Below, in pieces: positions 1 to 15,274 of a stretch of 64,000 bases of DNA. The translations under genes and the position numbers were made by a program. The stretch covers positions 4,523,962 through 4,587,961 of the forward strand of contig CAVNZM010000007.1 of NCBI GenBank assembly GCA_963693365.1, written 5' to 3'. Under the pieces are notes generated by a model that did not search any database, was not told the origin of the DNA, and worked only from the letters and a program-made list of their open reading frames with translations. Each line of letters starts with the position of its first letter. Positions within the stretch are counted from its first letter, which is position 1. Source of the stretch: Amoebidium appalachense (Eukaryota > Protista > Ichthyosporea).

Positions 1-886
1 GCAATGGCCGTTCAGGATTGGAATCAGGAATCAGCCTTCCAGGTAACTTTTTTGTATATATAATTAACACGTTATTTTCAGGCCGTTGAACTAAAATAAA
101 AATCTAGGGGTATGTTAGTTTTGCATTCCTGAATCGGTTTGCCGCGTATAAGCTATTCCCTTCAACTCAAAATCGTTCACAACACTTCCGCGACCACTCG
201 CTCAACTTGACCGTTGAAGTCAACGAGGTAAGCTGTCTGCTGCGCCCTGACCATTACGTTTGTGTTTGCAAATGCAGGTGTGAACGTGAATCCATTTATC
301 ATGTACTGCAATTGGCACAGCTGTGCATATTCATACAGTAGGTACTTTATTGAAATTGACGCCATAGTCAACGAATACATGGCGGCTCAATGACATGCAT
401 GGTTCATCAAGCTTGTGCTACGAGGTGCACCATCCGCTTTGTGATGGTTAGACAATCATTGACCCATCCTCATTCCATGCACCCCCTTCACCTCTCCACC
501 AGCCCTGTCATCCCTTTGTCTCCACCCCAATCACCAATGGGTTTACCGCAAAAAAAGATATAGTACAGTGTGTCTCAAAATACGATACCATGTCGGAGAC
601 CACACATGTGGAAGTGGAAACAGGATAACAGAGCACTGCTGCACTATGCACATGGACGTGCATCAGTACTTATCATGCAAATATTAGAAGGTGCTCCCAC
701 ACACACGTCACGGTGCACACACACTGATTGCATCGTAAAAGTTTCTCGTCTTGAAGAAGTTTCATGCTCGAGCCAGAATTTTATAGCACTATGGACGTGG
801 TGTCGCAATTCTTTTATCGTGGCGAATCACTCAAAGCCTAACACGTCTCTCTTTTCTGCAGGTGATCACGCGTGTTGGTTTGGAAA

Positions 887-3800
887 ATGAGATACCTATT
901 TTCGCTTTTGGCTGCGGCAGCCGCCTTAACTGCTGCTCAGGGTGCGTGAGCAAATTGAATTTTCTTCCCGTTGCAACATGATCGCACGTACACGTGCTTC
1001 AAACTACACTTCGACATTTTGTAGGAAGTCCTTGCAGATTTTATTGCCAGCATTCACGGGTTATTATAGTGTTGTTATGGAGAGGTGTTTACACCCAAAG
1101 TTCTGAAGCCATACTACGGTTGATCAGATGTAGCAGAGAGCTATGGCAGCAGCCAAACATGTATAATGTGGTTTGTTCGTGTGATTACGATGCCTACGGT
1201 AACGATGTTTGCAGAAAGTGCCTGATTGTTTATTTTTTGTTTCAGCCACGCTTTGGCATGTGCGCAGTTGGTGCATGGGTAGGACGTTTCAAACTGTCTA
1301 TGTACATGCACATGCCACACTTAATGTGCTTGCTTGGTACTATGTTTAAATGGCGCTGCGCTGGGATGGCGTCAATCAAGGCTGCGTGTGTCTGTGTTTT
1401 GCGAGAGTGTGTGCATGTCACCCGTGCATTTGGGCTCGTGTAAACCTGACACATAGTTGTAAACCTAACACATAAGTTTTGACGGCTCATTCGGAAAAGC
1501 CTGTGTGCAGGGGAGTGCAATGCGAGTGTACCGTGACGTTGTTGCGAGAGCCACGTGCACTTTTTCTGGGTAACCGGGTCCGCTAAAACATCCTTAACCT
1601 GCAGATCTTGGCAATCGCTTCGATGATTTCGACACCTCACTCGAGTTTAGCGACAACTTTGAGGGTAAGTGCTTACCTACTGGTTATATATTTATGTTTG
1701 TTAAGCCGTAGAGTGCTCCCAACACAATAAAATTGCTGTAGAATGAAACAGATGCCGTAGGATCTAACCTCAGGACTGCTGCACTGTAAAGTTCCACTCT
1801 TTCTTATTCAGAACCTCTTGTCCTTTTTTTTTCTTTTCTAATGTTATTGATATTCAACTCATTCTTTTTTGACCAAACAGACTTTGATGTCAATCCTCCA
1901 GCCGTAATCCAGCCCGCCCCCGCCCCCGCACCTGCAAATCAAGGTTACACCAGTGGCTCTGGTTATGGGAGTGGCGGTGGTGGTTCCTATGTTCCCCCTT
2001 CCCCACCCCCTGCCCCTCGCCCTCCCACACCTCCCCCTCCTCCACCACCTGCACCCACCCCTCGCCCTCCCACACCTCCCCCTCCTCCGCCACCTGCGCC
2101 CCACCCCTCGCCCTCCCACACCTCCCCCTCCTCCGCCACCTGCACCCACACCTTCTCCCGTCGGTCCCTGCCCTCCACCTCTCTGCCCAGTTGTCGATTG
2201 CCCGAAATGCCCCATCCCCACGGTCTGTCCGGCGCCTACGGCTTGCCCCAAGCCTCCCGCACCCACCCCCTGCCCCGAGCCCCCCCCACCTCTCTGCCCA
2301 GTTGTCGATTGCCCGAAATGCCCCATCCCCACGGTCTGTCCGGCTCCTACGGCTTGCCCCAAGCCTCCCGCACCCACCCCCTGCCCCGAGGTCCCCCCAC
2401 CCAGCCCCGCGGCGTGTCCGGCCGGCGCTGTGTGTGTGGATAGAAATGAGTGTGAGGAGGGAACGCACAACTGCCATGAGCTGGCAAAGTGCACCAATAC
2501 GAAGGGATCGTTCACGTGCCGCTGTGCCTATGGAACCACCGGCGATGGCGTTACGTGTGCTGGCCCCGGTATGTCTTGATGACAACCCCTACCTTCTCCT
2601 CTCTCTCCCCCCCCCCCCCCCCCCCCCCTCTCGCCCCACACACACCCTTCTTTCTTATATCTCTTTGGGTCTTTGTCTCATCTATCACACCTTCCCTCTT
2701 CCACCCTTTCCTCTCCCCCCCATCCCCCCCCCCCCCCCTCCCCCCCCCCCCCCCCCCCCCTCCCCTCCTTGTCCGATAATCCCGTATCCAACTCTTGCCC
2801 CCACCTCCTCCCACCCCGTCTTTTGGTATCCCCTCTTATCCCCTCTCGTCTCCTGTATACCCAGTCGTGGTCCCCCCCCCCCCCCCCCCCCCCTCCCCCC
2901 ACCCCCACCCCCCCTGCAATACACACGTCTCTTTGCTTGTGAAATAACAAAAAACATGCCCTCAATGGCCCAGCCCAACCGCCGCTATCGGTTAAGCATG
3001 GTCAACCTGTGATTTTATTGCATGCATACATTTACTTACCCTTCACGTCACACGCTCAAACCATCAATGTTGTTGCCCAGCCAGCACATTCCGGTATAAC
3101 CACACCCACACCCACACTTACCTTTTACCTTCACGCAGTCACATGCGGTACGAGTCAGTGTGACTCCCGAGGTACGGACTATGCATACTGCACAGAGGTG
3201 GCCAGAGACCAGGAGGGTCTGAGGCAACTCAACAACCCGCCCGTGTGTATGTGCAACGTCGGTCTCAGAGGTATTGGACCCCCCCCCCCCCCCCTCTCTC
3301 TCTCTCCCGCACCTCCCACCCCTCTCAATTCACCTTTTTGTCTGCTTTACCCCCCCCCCCCCCCCCCCCCCCCCGCGCACTACACCTCTTCATTTTTCCT
3401 TCCTGTCTGTCCGACCTCATGCTCCCCCCCCCCCCCCCCCCCCCCCCCTCCCCCCCCCCCCCAACACACACAGACACACACATATGCACATATGCACACA
3501 CAACGCCCATAGACCCTTTTTCCGTGCTTATTGTGGCTTCCCTGATGCACTCCTCCTCCCCACCACCACCACCACCACCACCCCTCTGCCGGGACAAACA
3601 AGGACACACAAACACATCGTCAAACTCACTGACCCAAAAGCAGAGCAGATTTATTTCCCCTGCCTCTTGTTTACGTATTTACCCATGCTAAGGTCTAAGT
3701 CCCGGAGTCCGGGGCTCATCATTAGTGCAAATCCGAATTTGATCAATCGACCGACATGCTTTTTATTGGTACCCCCGAAAACTTACAACATTTCACACCT

Positions 3801-4525
3801 CGGTTTCAGCTCTACGATTCGGCCGGCTGCAGTTAGCGGTGCGACTCTAACCGTTCCTGAGTTACGGCCATAATACAAATTTTTCTAGATTTAGCCGTTA
3901 ACATAATTTATTTATCAGGAAACGGTGCCAACTGCGATGGGACCGACGTCTGCGCAACTGTCCCCCGCTCCACCTCCTTCCCATTCACTCCCACACTCAT
4001 CGGTGCCCTTACCGCGGGCAGATGTTTCCAGGGTTCTACATGTACACGTGTGGGAAATGGAAACGCATACTATTGTGCAAACCCTGAAAATTGCCCGAAA
4101 TGGCAAGTAGGGAGGGTGGAGGTTGGCAGTCAGTGGGTGACCGTCAAGTTTAAGAAGGTGTTTAGGAGTACACCCGTGGTGATTGCCGGCCCACCGACTT
4201 CGAGAGAGAATGACGCAGTGACTGTGTTGATTTCAAAGGTCGATAGCACTGGATTCCAGGTCAAGTGAGTATCCCTCGCTTGTGTTTGGAATTGTGATAG
4301 AGTTTGGGTGTGCATATATGGGAATAATGATGTGTGCGTGCGTGTGTATATATGGGAATAATGTTGTGTGCGTGCGTGTGTATATATGGGAATAATGTTG
4401 TGTGCGTACGTGTGTTTGTGGTCGGTGCGCGAGTTCATGGGTAAATGAACGTGTCGTTAACCTCGCATGTGTGTCTGGGCACCTGTGCATGTATGCTTCT
4501 CTGTGCGCGTGCCTTTTTTTATATT

Positions 4526-4584
<59 letters not shown>

Positions 4585-4923
4585 ATCAGGGTGGTTGGTG
4601 GGTGTGTGTGTGTGTGTGTGTTTATCAGGGTGGTTGGTGGGTGTGAGTTGTTTCTTTCCTTGGGTGGAGGTGTACACACAAGCGTATTGTGTTTTTTGGG
4701 GGTGGGGGGGGGGGGGGGGGGGTTGGTTGGTTGAAGATGATGCACCAGCCGAGGGACAGTCTGTTCTTTGCCTAAGGACCGGTGACCAGGGACACACACA
4801 GACCCTGCCATTCCCCCCCCCCCCCCCCCCCCCCCACCCAATCTTCCCTTGCCCTTCCCGCTTCGCTTTCTAGTCCCAGCATCCCTCTGTCCAATCCATT
4901 TCCTTCCTCTACCCCCCCCCTCC

Positions 4924-4975
<52 letters not shown>

Positions 4976-5906
4976 ACACAGGCTGCAGGAGCCTGATAAC
5001 TGTGGTGACGGTGTGCACGTGTCGGAGCTAATCACGTGGCTTGCCGTGCTGCCCAACGAGCCAATCAACGTGAGCGGGAACAACGTGTATGTGACTGCTG
5101 CATCTCAGATCGTGCCTATGAATAGCGACACTCCGGTTCGGGCTGTGCCCCCACTGCCAAACACTCAGTGGGCCGTTGCGCAGGTATGCAATCACACCGA
5201 AATTTGGTTTCGAAATTTCCGGGGTTTTTTCAAACCCAATGTCAATGTCTCCAGTATGCGTCTATTGTATACATTATGGTGGCTCCGATATTTTTCTTGT
5301 TGAAATAGATTGACAAAGGTCTAACACACAAAAATCACAGTCTTGCACTCTTCCCTGCAAAGCTCGCCTGCTTTCCTTTCACGGTGTTTATTCCAGACTG
5401 GGTATTGGGAAGAGCGTGTGTATGTCAGTGTGTGTGGGTCAGTGTGTGTGTGTTGGGTGGGTTTTTGGGGGGGGGGGGGGGGGGGGGGACGTACAGCAAG
5501 CACTCGGGTCTGGCGCAATGAATGGGGCGGTGGGAGAGATGGGGGGCTTTTTTTTATATAAAAAAAAAATAAAAAATAATAATCGTTGACGAGATGTTTT
5601 GCAAGAAGGTTGCATGGCCTCTATATTATCGACTCACAGGGCCGTAACGTGCACACTCACCCATCCCCCATGTTGATCCCCACCCCCTTCTCCTCCTCCC
5701 TTCTCCCTTCATGTTACGAACCCAGCATCCATATAAATCGGCCCCACACACACACACCTACTCTCCCCCCTATTCCCTTGTTTGTGCTGTGGGTTATATT
5801 CGTGTTTGCCATGTATGCCAACCCTCCACCCAACCCCTACTCTTCCTCGCTTCCTCCCCCTGCCCCTCAGCACCCCGCTCCTCGCTCCTACCCCACCACC
5901 TCCATC

Positions 5907-5940
<34 letters not shown>

Positions 5941-6037
5941 CCCTTTCCCCCCTCCCCCATCCCACCCTTTCCGTCTTCTCTCCCCCTATTTCTACCCCCC
6001 CCCCCCCCCCCCCCCCAAACACAAACGCGTGTGTGCG

Positions 6038-6101
<64 letters not shown>

Positions 6102-7057
6102 GGTACAAGACAGCGTCGACGGAGAAATCACAGCGGCATTCACATCATACACTACCACTGGAGTCGCCATACAAGTGGCCGCCGCCGCCACCCGCCGCAA
6201 CCAAGCGGTAGTCGGATACGTTACCTTCCACGGTATTTCATTGGCTAACTGGTACCTTCACCCAACACAAAGATACAACTATTTTGTTGGCTCAGACTGC
6301 GACAACACACCCCATCTCTTCTTTTTGGGGGAGGATTTGAGTGTTCCATATGAGAATCAGTTACGACCCATTTCTTCTTACTGGTGCATTGCGCCCAAGA
6401 CTCCATGGGTGATTGCGGGGTGGTCACGTTTCAACAGTCAGCCACTCGTTCTTCGCTCTTTCACCGGAGCTCAGCGTCTTCCTAACGTCGCTGTTCCGAG
6501 GATTCCTTTCACCAATTTCCGCATTCAGAGATTGTAAGAACCCCTGCCCCGCTACTCCTCTCTCACTTACCTTCCCCCCTCCCCTCGCTCCCTTCTTCAA
6601 TTACCCTCCCACCCCCACACCCTGCCCCGTACGCGCCTTCCCACCACTCCTTTCCCCCTCGAGACAAGTCTTGTCTCCACTGTGTGGCTTACCTACACAT
6701 ATGCTGTAACTAAAGACATGCACACAAACACACTCGAAGCATCTGCAAGACACACGTGCACGCACCGACAATGCACGCACCGACACACACACAAAACTGT
6801 TAAAAACGTTGCTCTTTAACACCAGAGGTGCAAGCCGCTTCAGATAACTCTAACCCCCACCCCGACCCCCCACCCTAGTCCCCCTACCTTGCTGTCTTCC
6901 TCTCCTCCTTATTATACACCGCAGACTTGGCCCTTGGCCCTTGGTGATTTATGTTCCGAACAACTTGTAAATACGTTTTGCCAGTTCACTAACCACTGGT
7001 CTCCCTCACCACCTTGTCCTTCTCCAATTCGCCTGCCTCTCCCCACACCCTCCCCTG

Positions 7058-7125
<68 letters not shown>

Positions 7126-7354
7126 CCGCACATCGAGCATTGTAGTCCGCGCCGAGTCCGCACAATGCAACTCTCTTGATGACGTCTACACAAAGATCGA
7201 CACGCAGACTGTTGCAAACAACTTTGCAAATGCCTTTAACTACATTGCCATACTCCCCGGTTACTCCTCGTGCGCACTTCGGGGGCCCTATGTCCCCGCC
7301 ACTGCCGCTCCTTCGCCCTTCTCGTCCCCCTCGATCTCCTCGGGTGACCATTAA
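887..7354 (+). CDS. 7-exon gene for a secreted Pro/Cys-rich protein with a Ca-binding EGF domain, further Cys-rich modules and an H-type-lectin-like C-terminal region (exons 887-941, 1881-2568, 3139-3270, 3919-4264, 4982-5183, 6103-6533, 7126-7354)
   Basis: Hand-spliced: all junctions are GT-AG with matching phases. Signal peptide MRYLFSLLAAAAALTAAQD; Pro-rich repeats; two CPVVDCPKCPIPTVCPAPTAC repeats; cbEGF DRNECEEGTHNCHELAKCTNTKGSFTCRCAYGTTGDGVTC; lectin-like VKFKKVFRSTPVVIAG..DAVTVLISKVDSTGFQVK; stop TAA 7352-7354. One extra C near 2099 (C-run in a repeat) shifts the frame and may be a sequencing error. Confidence 0.85.
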
Positions 7355-8289
7355 TTGTTATTTAAGGATGGGTGTATTGTTGCCATATTTGGTAAAGGTC
7401 AGCTCTATATTTGGCAAGGATTTTTAGTATAATTAATTAGACGTTTATGAAAGTCGAGATTATATATCGATGATCTATTGCAACGTGATGAAGAGTGTGC
7501 AGAGTGCAGAGGAGAGAGTTAGGAGGGGGGAGAAGGGGGGGGAAGGGGGGTTTTTACGGTCTATGCGGGAAAGTTAAACCAATAGGGCGGCAAAGACGGC
7601 CAATCATAATCAGCAAATCTTGCGCCGTCTCGACGATTGATCGAGGGGATCCGGGCATGAGCACGAGGGATACCATAGCCATGGTGCTGCTGAACAGGGT
7701 AGCTGTGTGGATTATAAAATAAAAATGGTTAAAAACGGGAAAAAATTAAAAGTGCCGATGTAAGGCTAAGAGCGGTGTGTATGCTATGGTTGAGCAATCG
7801 GCAACGAAGTTCTGCAATTTAGTGTGTGTGTGGTGGTGGTGGCAAAGTGTGTGTGTGGGGGGGAGGGGGGGGGGAGAAAGAGAGGGGGAGGGGGGGGGGA
7901 AGGGGGGAAGAGGACGGAAATGAGGGGAAGGGTTAACATAGCTGCTTGTTTTTTGGAAATATTTACCGGGGGAGGAAGGGAGGGGATTGGTAGTACACAA
8001 TGCCTGTGTATAAGCGGTGCCGAGCAAACCGATGCATGTGTGGTGTGTGTGTGTGTGTGTCTCTCTGTGTGTGTATGTGTGAGCATGTTTGCGTGCGGGC
8101 ATGCCTGCGTGTGCGTGTGTGTATATGGGTGCATGGTTGTGTGTGTGTTTGTGTACATGCGTGTGTGCTTGTACATGTGTGTGTGTGTGTGGTGTGTGTG
8201 TGTGTGTGTGTGTGTGCGTGCGCGTGTGTGTGCATGTCTGTGTGTGCGTAAATTATTGATTGAGGAAAATTTCACTTACGTTGGCAGAA

Positions 8290-8389
8290 GACATCGCACG
8301 AAACAATGATCGGGTCCGGTAAGGCATTTATGTTTTCGCACATCGCACGGAACAATGATCGGGTCCGGTAAGGCATTTATGTTTTCGCA
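8290..8389. repeat. ~50-bp tandem duplication
   Basis: acatcgcacg(a/g)aacaatgatcgggtccggtaaggcatttatgttttcgca occurs twice head-to-tail. Confidence 0.85.
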
Positions 8390-9012
8390 GGGGCGAGTCG
8401 GATTGAGTGAAAAAATGGCCAATTGTATGTTGATGTACGTGAGATGGTTGGTCGTGTATGGTGGGAGAATCTGTTTTTTTTTTTTTTTTGGTTGGGTGGG
8501 GGGGGGGGGGGGGGGGGGGGGGGGGGATTTGAATCAGTAAGGCACAAGCATTGGTTTTTTTTGTGGCTTTATTTTTGTGGGGCGGCGGGGGAGGGAGGGG
8601 GGGGGGGGGGGGGGAGGGGGGGGGGAGGGAGGGAGGGGCTCGGAGGGTCGCAGGGAGGGGGGGCAGGGGGTTGTGAAGAAGGTAAGATAGAGGGGAGGGT
8701 GAAGAGAGGAAGGTGGGGTGTTGGGCGTGTGTAGTGTGGGGGGGGGGGGGGGGGGGGGGGGCATCGTTTCTTCCCTGGCTTCCTACCTTCGGGCCCTGTA
8801 CCTTCGTCTTCTTCCCCCCCCCCCCCCCCCCCCCCCCCCCCAAACCGCTTCTCCTGTGCCCTCTTATTCTGTGATGAGAACGAATGGGTGGGGAGGGGGA
8901 GGGGGGGGGGGGGGGGGGGAGGTAGTCACCCTTATGCCGATCTTACTGCAGCTTTTCTTTTTCATATGGAATTTAGGTTGCCGCAGGCGACCGTCACATG
9001 TCAGTTTGTTAC

Positions 9013-9417
9013 CTCATCTATTTGCATGATATTGGCTTGATACCAGTGGCCTAAGCGAAAATTGGACTGCAGCTTAGGCCAATCAACAAGCGTCATCTTG
9101 TTGCCAGTGGCTTGTAGCTACACTGGCTAGGTGATATATGAGACATCTGATTGACCTAAGGGTTCTATAATTTAATGAATTAATCTGATTCCGCTAAGGA
9201 CGAAACTATACCCGGCGGAAGACGTCCGCTGGCATTGCCATCGCCCCCCCCCCCCCCCCAAAAAAAAAAAAAAAAAAAAAAAAAAGAAAACCTGAAAAAA
9301 GAAAGAAAAAACAAGCAAAAGCAGGCATTGCCAGCGTAGGCGCTCTGAGGAGACTAGGGGGAAGGCGGAAAATATCAAAAAAGCAGCAAGTGAGATAGAT
9401 GACATAAATGGTTAGGG

Positions 9418-9453
<36 letters not shown>

Positions 9454-9999
9454 GGGGGGGGGGGGGTTTAGAGGCAGGAAAAGGGGACGGAGGGAGTGGG
9501 GTAGGCCAACTCGGAAAAGAGGGGAGGAAGGGGCCACCTGAGGCCGGGAGGGGTCGGAAGGAGAACAGAGGAGGAAGAAGAGGAAAGGGGGTTTGTAAAG
9601 TGGGATAGGGGTACTTGGAGCGGGGAAGGGGGGGGGGGGGGGACAAGTTGGCCTAGTGACATTACAAGATTGCAAGGGAGGGGGATGGGGGGGGGGGGGG
9701 GGGGGTCCCAGCCGATAAGTACTGAAAGGAAGCTTCACATATGATACCGTGCCGGGGAGGGGGGGGGGGGGGGAAGCAGGCGCAGGGAGAGGGGCTCATG
9801 TGAGTGAGTGTGTTGGGGGAGGGGGGGGGGGGGGGGAGGGGGGGGGGGGAGGGGGGGGGGCAACTAACTCCGTGATTCACTATATGGTGTGCGCTTTATC
9901 CGTTACATGGTTCAAATATGCTAGTCTATGCCCTATTATATTGACAGAAACATTAAAGGGGGGGGGGGGAGGGGGGGGGATGAGAGATAAAGGAACGGG

Positions 10000-10031
<32 letters not shown>

Positions 10032-12318
10032 GGGGGGCGGTATAGATGGCGGCTTCGGAAGAAAGAAGAAAGTAATACGTGTGGGGAGGGGAATGAGGGG
10101 GGGGGGGGGGGGGTTGGAGGGATTATTTTACTCTAAAAGAGGAGCCGGGGGCAGCAAAGAATAAGGAAGGAAGAGGGAGGGGGGAGGGGGTTGGTCGGCA
10201 TGAGGAGAGGGGAAGAACAAACCGGCCGATGAAAAAAGCGCCATGGGGGGGGGGGGGGAGGTAGGCAACTTACTTCGTGATTTACCAAAGTGCACACTTT
10301 CTCTGTTGCATCTTTAAGACTCATGCCCTTATCTAGTAATAGGAAGAAGTGCCGGATGGGGTTTGTGCGCGAGACTCTCGATCACTCATGGCCGCCGGCG
10401 GGGCCAAGGGGGAGGAGACCGGGATGTTGAACTTGGCGGGTGTGTTAGAGTGTGCATGGCATGTGTGTGCATACCTGAAGATGATGTATGCCATATTATG
10501 CGGTGTGTGGGTGGGGGGAGTGATTAGGGGGGGGGGGGGGGAGGGAGTGATTACGTGTGTGGGTGTGTGGGTGTTTGGATGCGGGTATGGGTGTGAGTGT
10601 GAGTATGGGTTTGTGCGCATGTGCGTGGGACCGGTGTATGGGTGTGCCTGGGGGGGGGGGGGGGGTAAGAAGATATTTTGCAATAATAAACACTTAAAGT
10701 ATCACTGTGTTTACGAATAATTATGTGCGTAACGGTTATGCATTTCTCCTTTTAGGCCCTTGCGTGTGCGCGTGCCGGGGTGGGGGGGTGGGATGGGGGA
10801 GGGGGTGGCGAGGGGGCGAGGGGAGACTCTCTCCGAATCCGCCATTTCCCCCCCCCCCCCCCCCCCCCCACCCAAAAAAAGGCTATTGTTGGATCTCACA
10901 GCTGCCTTGCACGGAGTGGGATCACCGTGGGTCCATAGTCGATGCATCTGTCTGGGTGTTATCCTGTCTCCCCCCATCCCCACCATCGCCCCACCCACCC
11001 ACCCACCCATACATCCATACACACATACACTACCACCACCCTGACCACCCCTTCCGCCACCCCCCCCCCCCCCCCCCCCCCACCCCACCCCACCCCCACC
11101 CCACCCCCACCCCACCCCACCCTGGTGCACACACAAACCCAAAAGCAAATGAAGCAGAAGATAGAGAGAGCTTCAAAGCCCCCGTCCCCCCCCCCCCCCC
11201 CCCCCCCCCCTACTGCCACACACAAACACACACACGCACATCGGCAAGAGAATGGCAAAGAGCCTGAGGCTGGAGCGAAAGAGAGGGGAGAGGAGACTGA
11301 GGGGTGGGTGGGGGGGGGGGGGGGGGGGGGGGATCGGAGACGTAACGTGGGGGTGGGTGGGTGGGTGGGCAGGCGGGTCGGCAGGTGGGGAGGGGGGAGG
11401 GGGAGGGACATATTTCACTAACATGTCGACCCCACAGGAAGGGTGGGTTCTCCACAGCTCCATCGCCCACGCATCCGTGTATGGAGGTACTAGATGGACA
11501 TGGCAGTCTATTGCGTGCACATATGTATTGTCTCTGCCAGTCAAAAGTTGCAAGGACTCCCACGAGTGTTCGTTTGCAAGAAGACGATGTGATACCGATT
11601 CCAACTGTGGAGCCTGTGGTGTATCCTCGCGGCATCTGTGCGCATGGTTTCCAAATTTAGATTGATGGTTTCCAAATTTGGACTGATGGTTTCCAAATTA
11701 AGACACATCGACAATTTGACACCGCGGCCTGATAAAATAGAGCAACTCGAAGCACGGTGTAGCATACTTTTATTGAAGTTATTCAATAAGACCGCAACTT
11801 TCAACGTGTGTGTGTGTTTCCAGTGGCAGGGGAAAAGATGTGAGGGGGGGAGGCAAGGGGGGGGGGGGGGGGGGAAGGGGGGGAGGGAGGAAGAAGGGGT
11901 TGGGGGGGGGGGGGGGGGGTAGACAGCAAGCGTGCTGTTTGTCCGTTATTACGCAATGCAGCTTTGTTTATGTGAAAACAGCGCACCCCGCATATACAGA
12001 ATATGTTTACCACCTGAATGAACATTAGCGAAAAAAGGGTTAATCTCAAAAATTTGAACAACGAAGATTTTTTACTACTTCAATATAATGTAAGTGTTAG
12101 TTTAATCTGGAAGAATCAAACACCCCTTGTACCCCCATTCCCCGCCAAAAGAGAGAGGATATATTTAAACTGGCAGCGGAGTAAAGAATGTTTCGGTGAC
12201 CATTGAAGTATGTGATGCCAGTGGTGAAGCCCATGCCGACAAATGTGACACTTGCGTTGTGGAAAAACATAAACGGAGCTTTGTCCAAATCCACGTCAGG
12301 ATGGGATGCTTCCCAGGC
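9013..12318 (-). pseudogene. possible degraded multi-exon gene of unknown product
   Basis: Complex-sequence islands bounded by AG/GT on the minus strand (e.g. 11635-11423, ~10332-10275, ~9155-9013, from ~12318). They are separated by tracts that are poly-C/(CA)n on the minus strand, as in the introns of the other genes. Phases do not join cleanly and no domain was recognised. Confidence 0.3.
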
Positions 12319-12334
12319 CTGTGTTATATAAAGT

Positions 12335-12373
<39 letters not shown>

Positions 12374-13131
12374 CTAATTACCTACATGGAATTTATACGG
12401 CACAGAGATGCCGTATGCAATGAATAGGAAGATCCCCCCCCCCCCCCCCTTCCCCCCCCCCCCTTGCCCGCGTGCCCTCCCCACTTTCCCTTTCAAACCA
12501 CACACAGACATATCGCACAATAACAAAAAAATCCGTGTTGTGCCTGCCACACATCATGAATTGTGAACCTTGTATTTCTACTCGTGTGCTGTGAGAAAAA
12601 ATCTACAATCACGTGCACCTCCCTTCCGTTTTCACTTACCTCCCCCCCCCCCCACACCCCCTCCTCTTCACCATCCGTTCCGTTCATTCAAACACCAGCC
12701 ATCATGGCATCCTTTAACCCCCCCCCCCCTTCCCTCCCCCTCCCTCCACCCTCTCACCCGATCCATTTCCACGTGTACGAGGGTCACCACGATCATATTT
12801 CACACTTTGCCCCCCCCTCCCCTTCCCCCTCCCACCACCACCACCATCCCTGGCCATAGGGACTCATCATTTCATTCACATTAGAGACCTTTTATTCTGT
12901 CACATTTGAAGTTCGAATATCGCATTTTGGTAGGTTTGCGAAATTTACATTGAAAATAAATACACATACAGACACGCTACCGCCCCACAAAACAGCTGCT
13001 AACAGAAGTGTAGTGTAATTTCTATCTTGTGACAGGGTCCATCACCATCAACGGGGTGTCAGCAACTCAAACTGTGCCCGGTCCCATGAACCTGTCAATT
13101 CGGATACCTTTACCAACAGGATAGCTCAGTA

Positions 13132-14733
<1,602 letters not shown>

Positions 14734-14932
14734 TACAAACCGGACAACAGCGGCAAAATTGGAACTACCCCGACAAGAAGGCTACAGTACAAGCCAATAA
14801 GGATATCTACAAGCTATGGCGCCCTTGGATATGCGTGGGATATGCAATGCCATGGAATCATTTAATTCCAAGCAAATTGAAAGATAGGATGACTAGACCA
14901 ATAACGGGATAACCATACCACAGCAAAAAATC

Positions 14933-15048
14933 GAGTAAAACAATTCCAACAGCAAAGTCACAGCACTATAGGAACTACATGGGGAATGTGAGTAAAACAA
15001 TTTTCCAACGGCAAAGTCACACCACTATAGGAACTACATGGGGAATGT
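14933..15048. repeat. ~58-bp tandem duplication
   Basis: gagtaaaacaat..ccaac(a/g)gcaaagtcac..cactataggaactacatggggaatgtg occurs twice. Confidence 0.8.
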
Positions 15049-15231
15049 GCTGTTTATTCATGAGAGAAGCATTGCCGTATATGTTCTACAATATCAATCA
15101 ATGTGCATGGGCTATATATCATTATAAGGGAAACCCATGATGGTTCTATCCTTGTATATTATGGCTTGGTTCCTCGCACCTGCTAGCTGGAATCATGGAA
15201 TATATCCAACATTCTCAAGCAATCATGAAGC

Positions 15232-15274
<43 letters not shown>

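Noticed and set aside
6-138. Possible MITE with ccg(a)ttcagga inverted ends
   Set aside because: The match is short and imperfect, has no clear TSD and lies at the window edge.
2489-12423. Many poly-Pro/poly-Gly ORFs
   Set aside because: They arise from intronic or intergenic poly-C/poly-G runs; only the spliced exons are supported.
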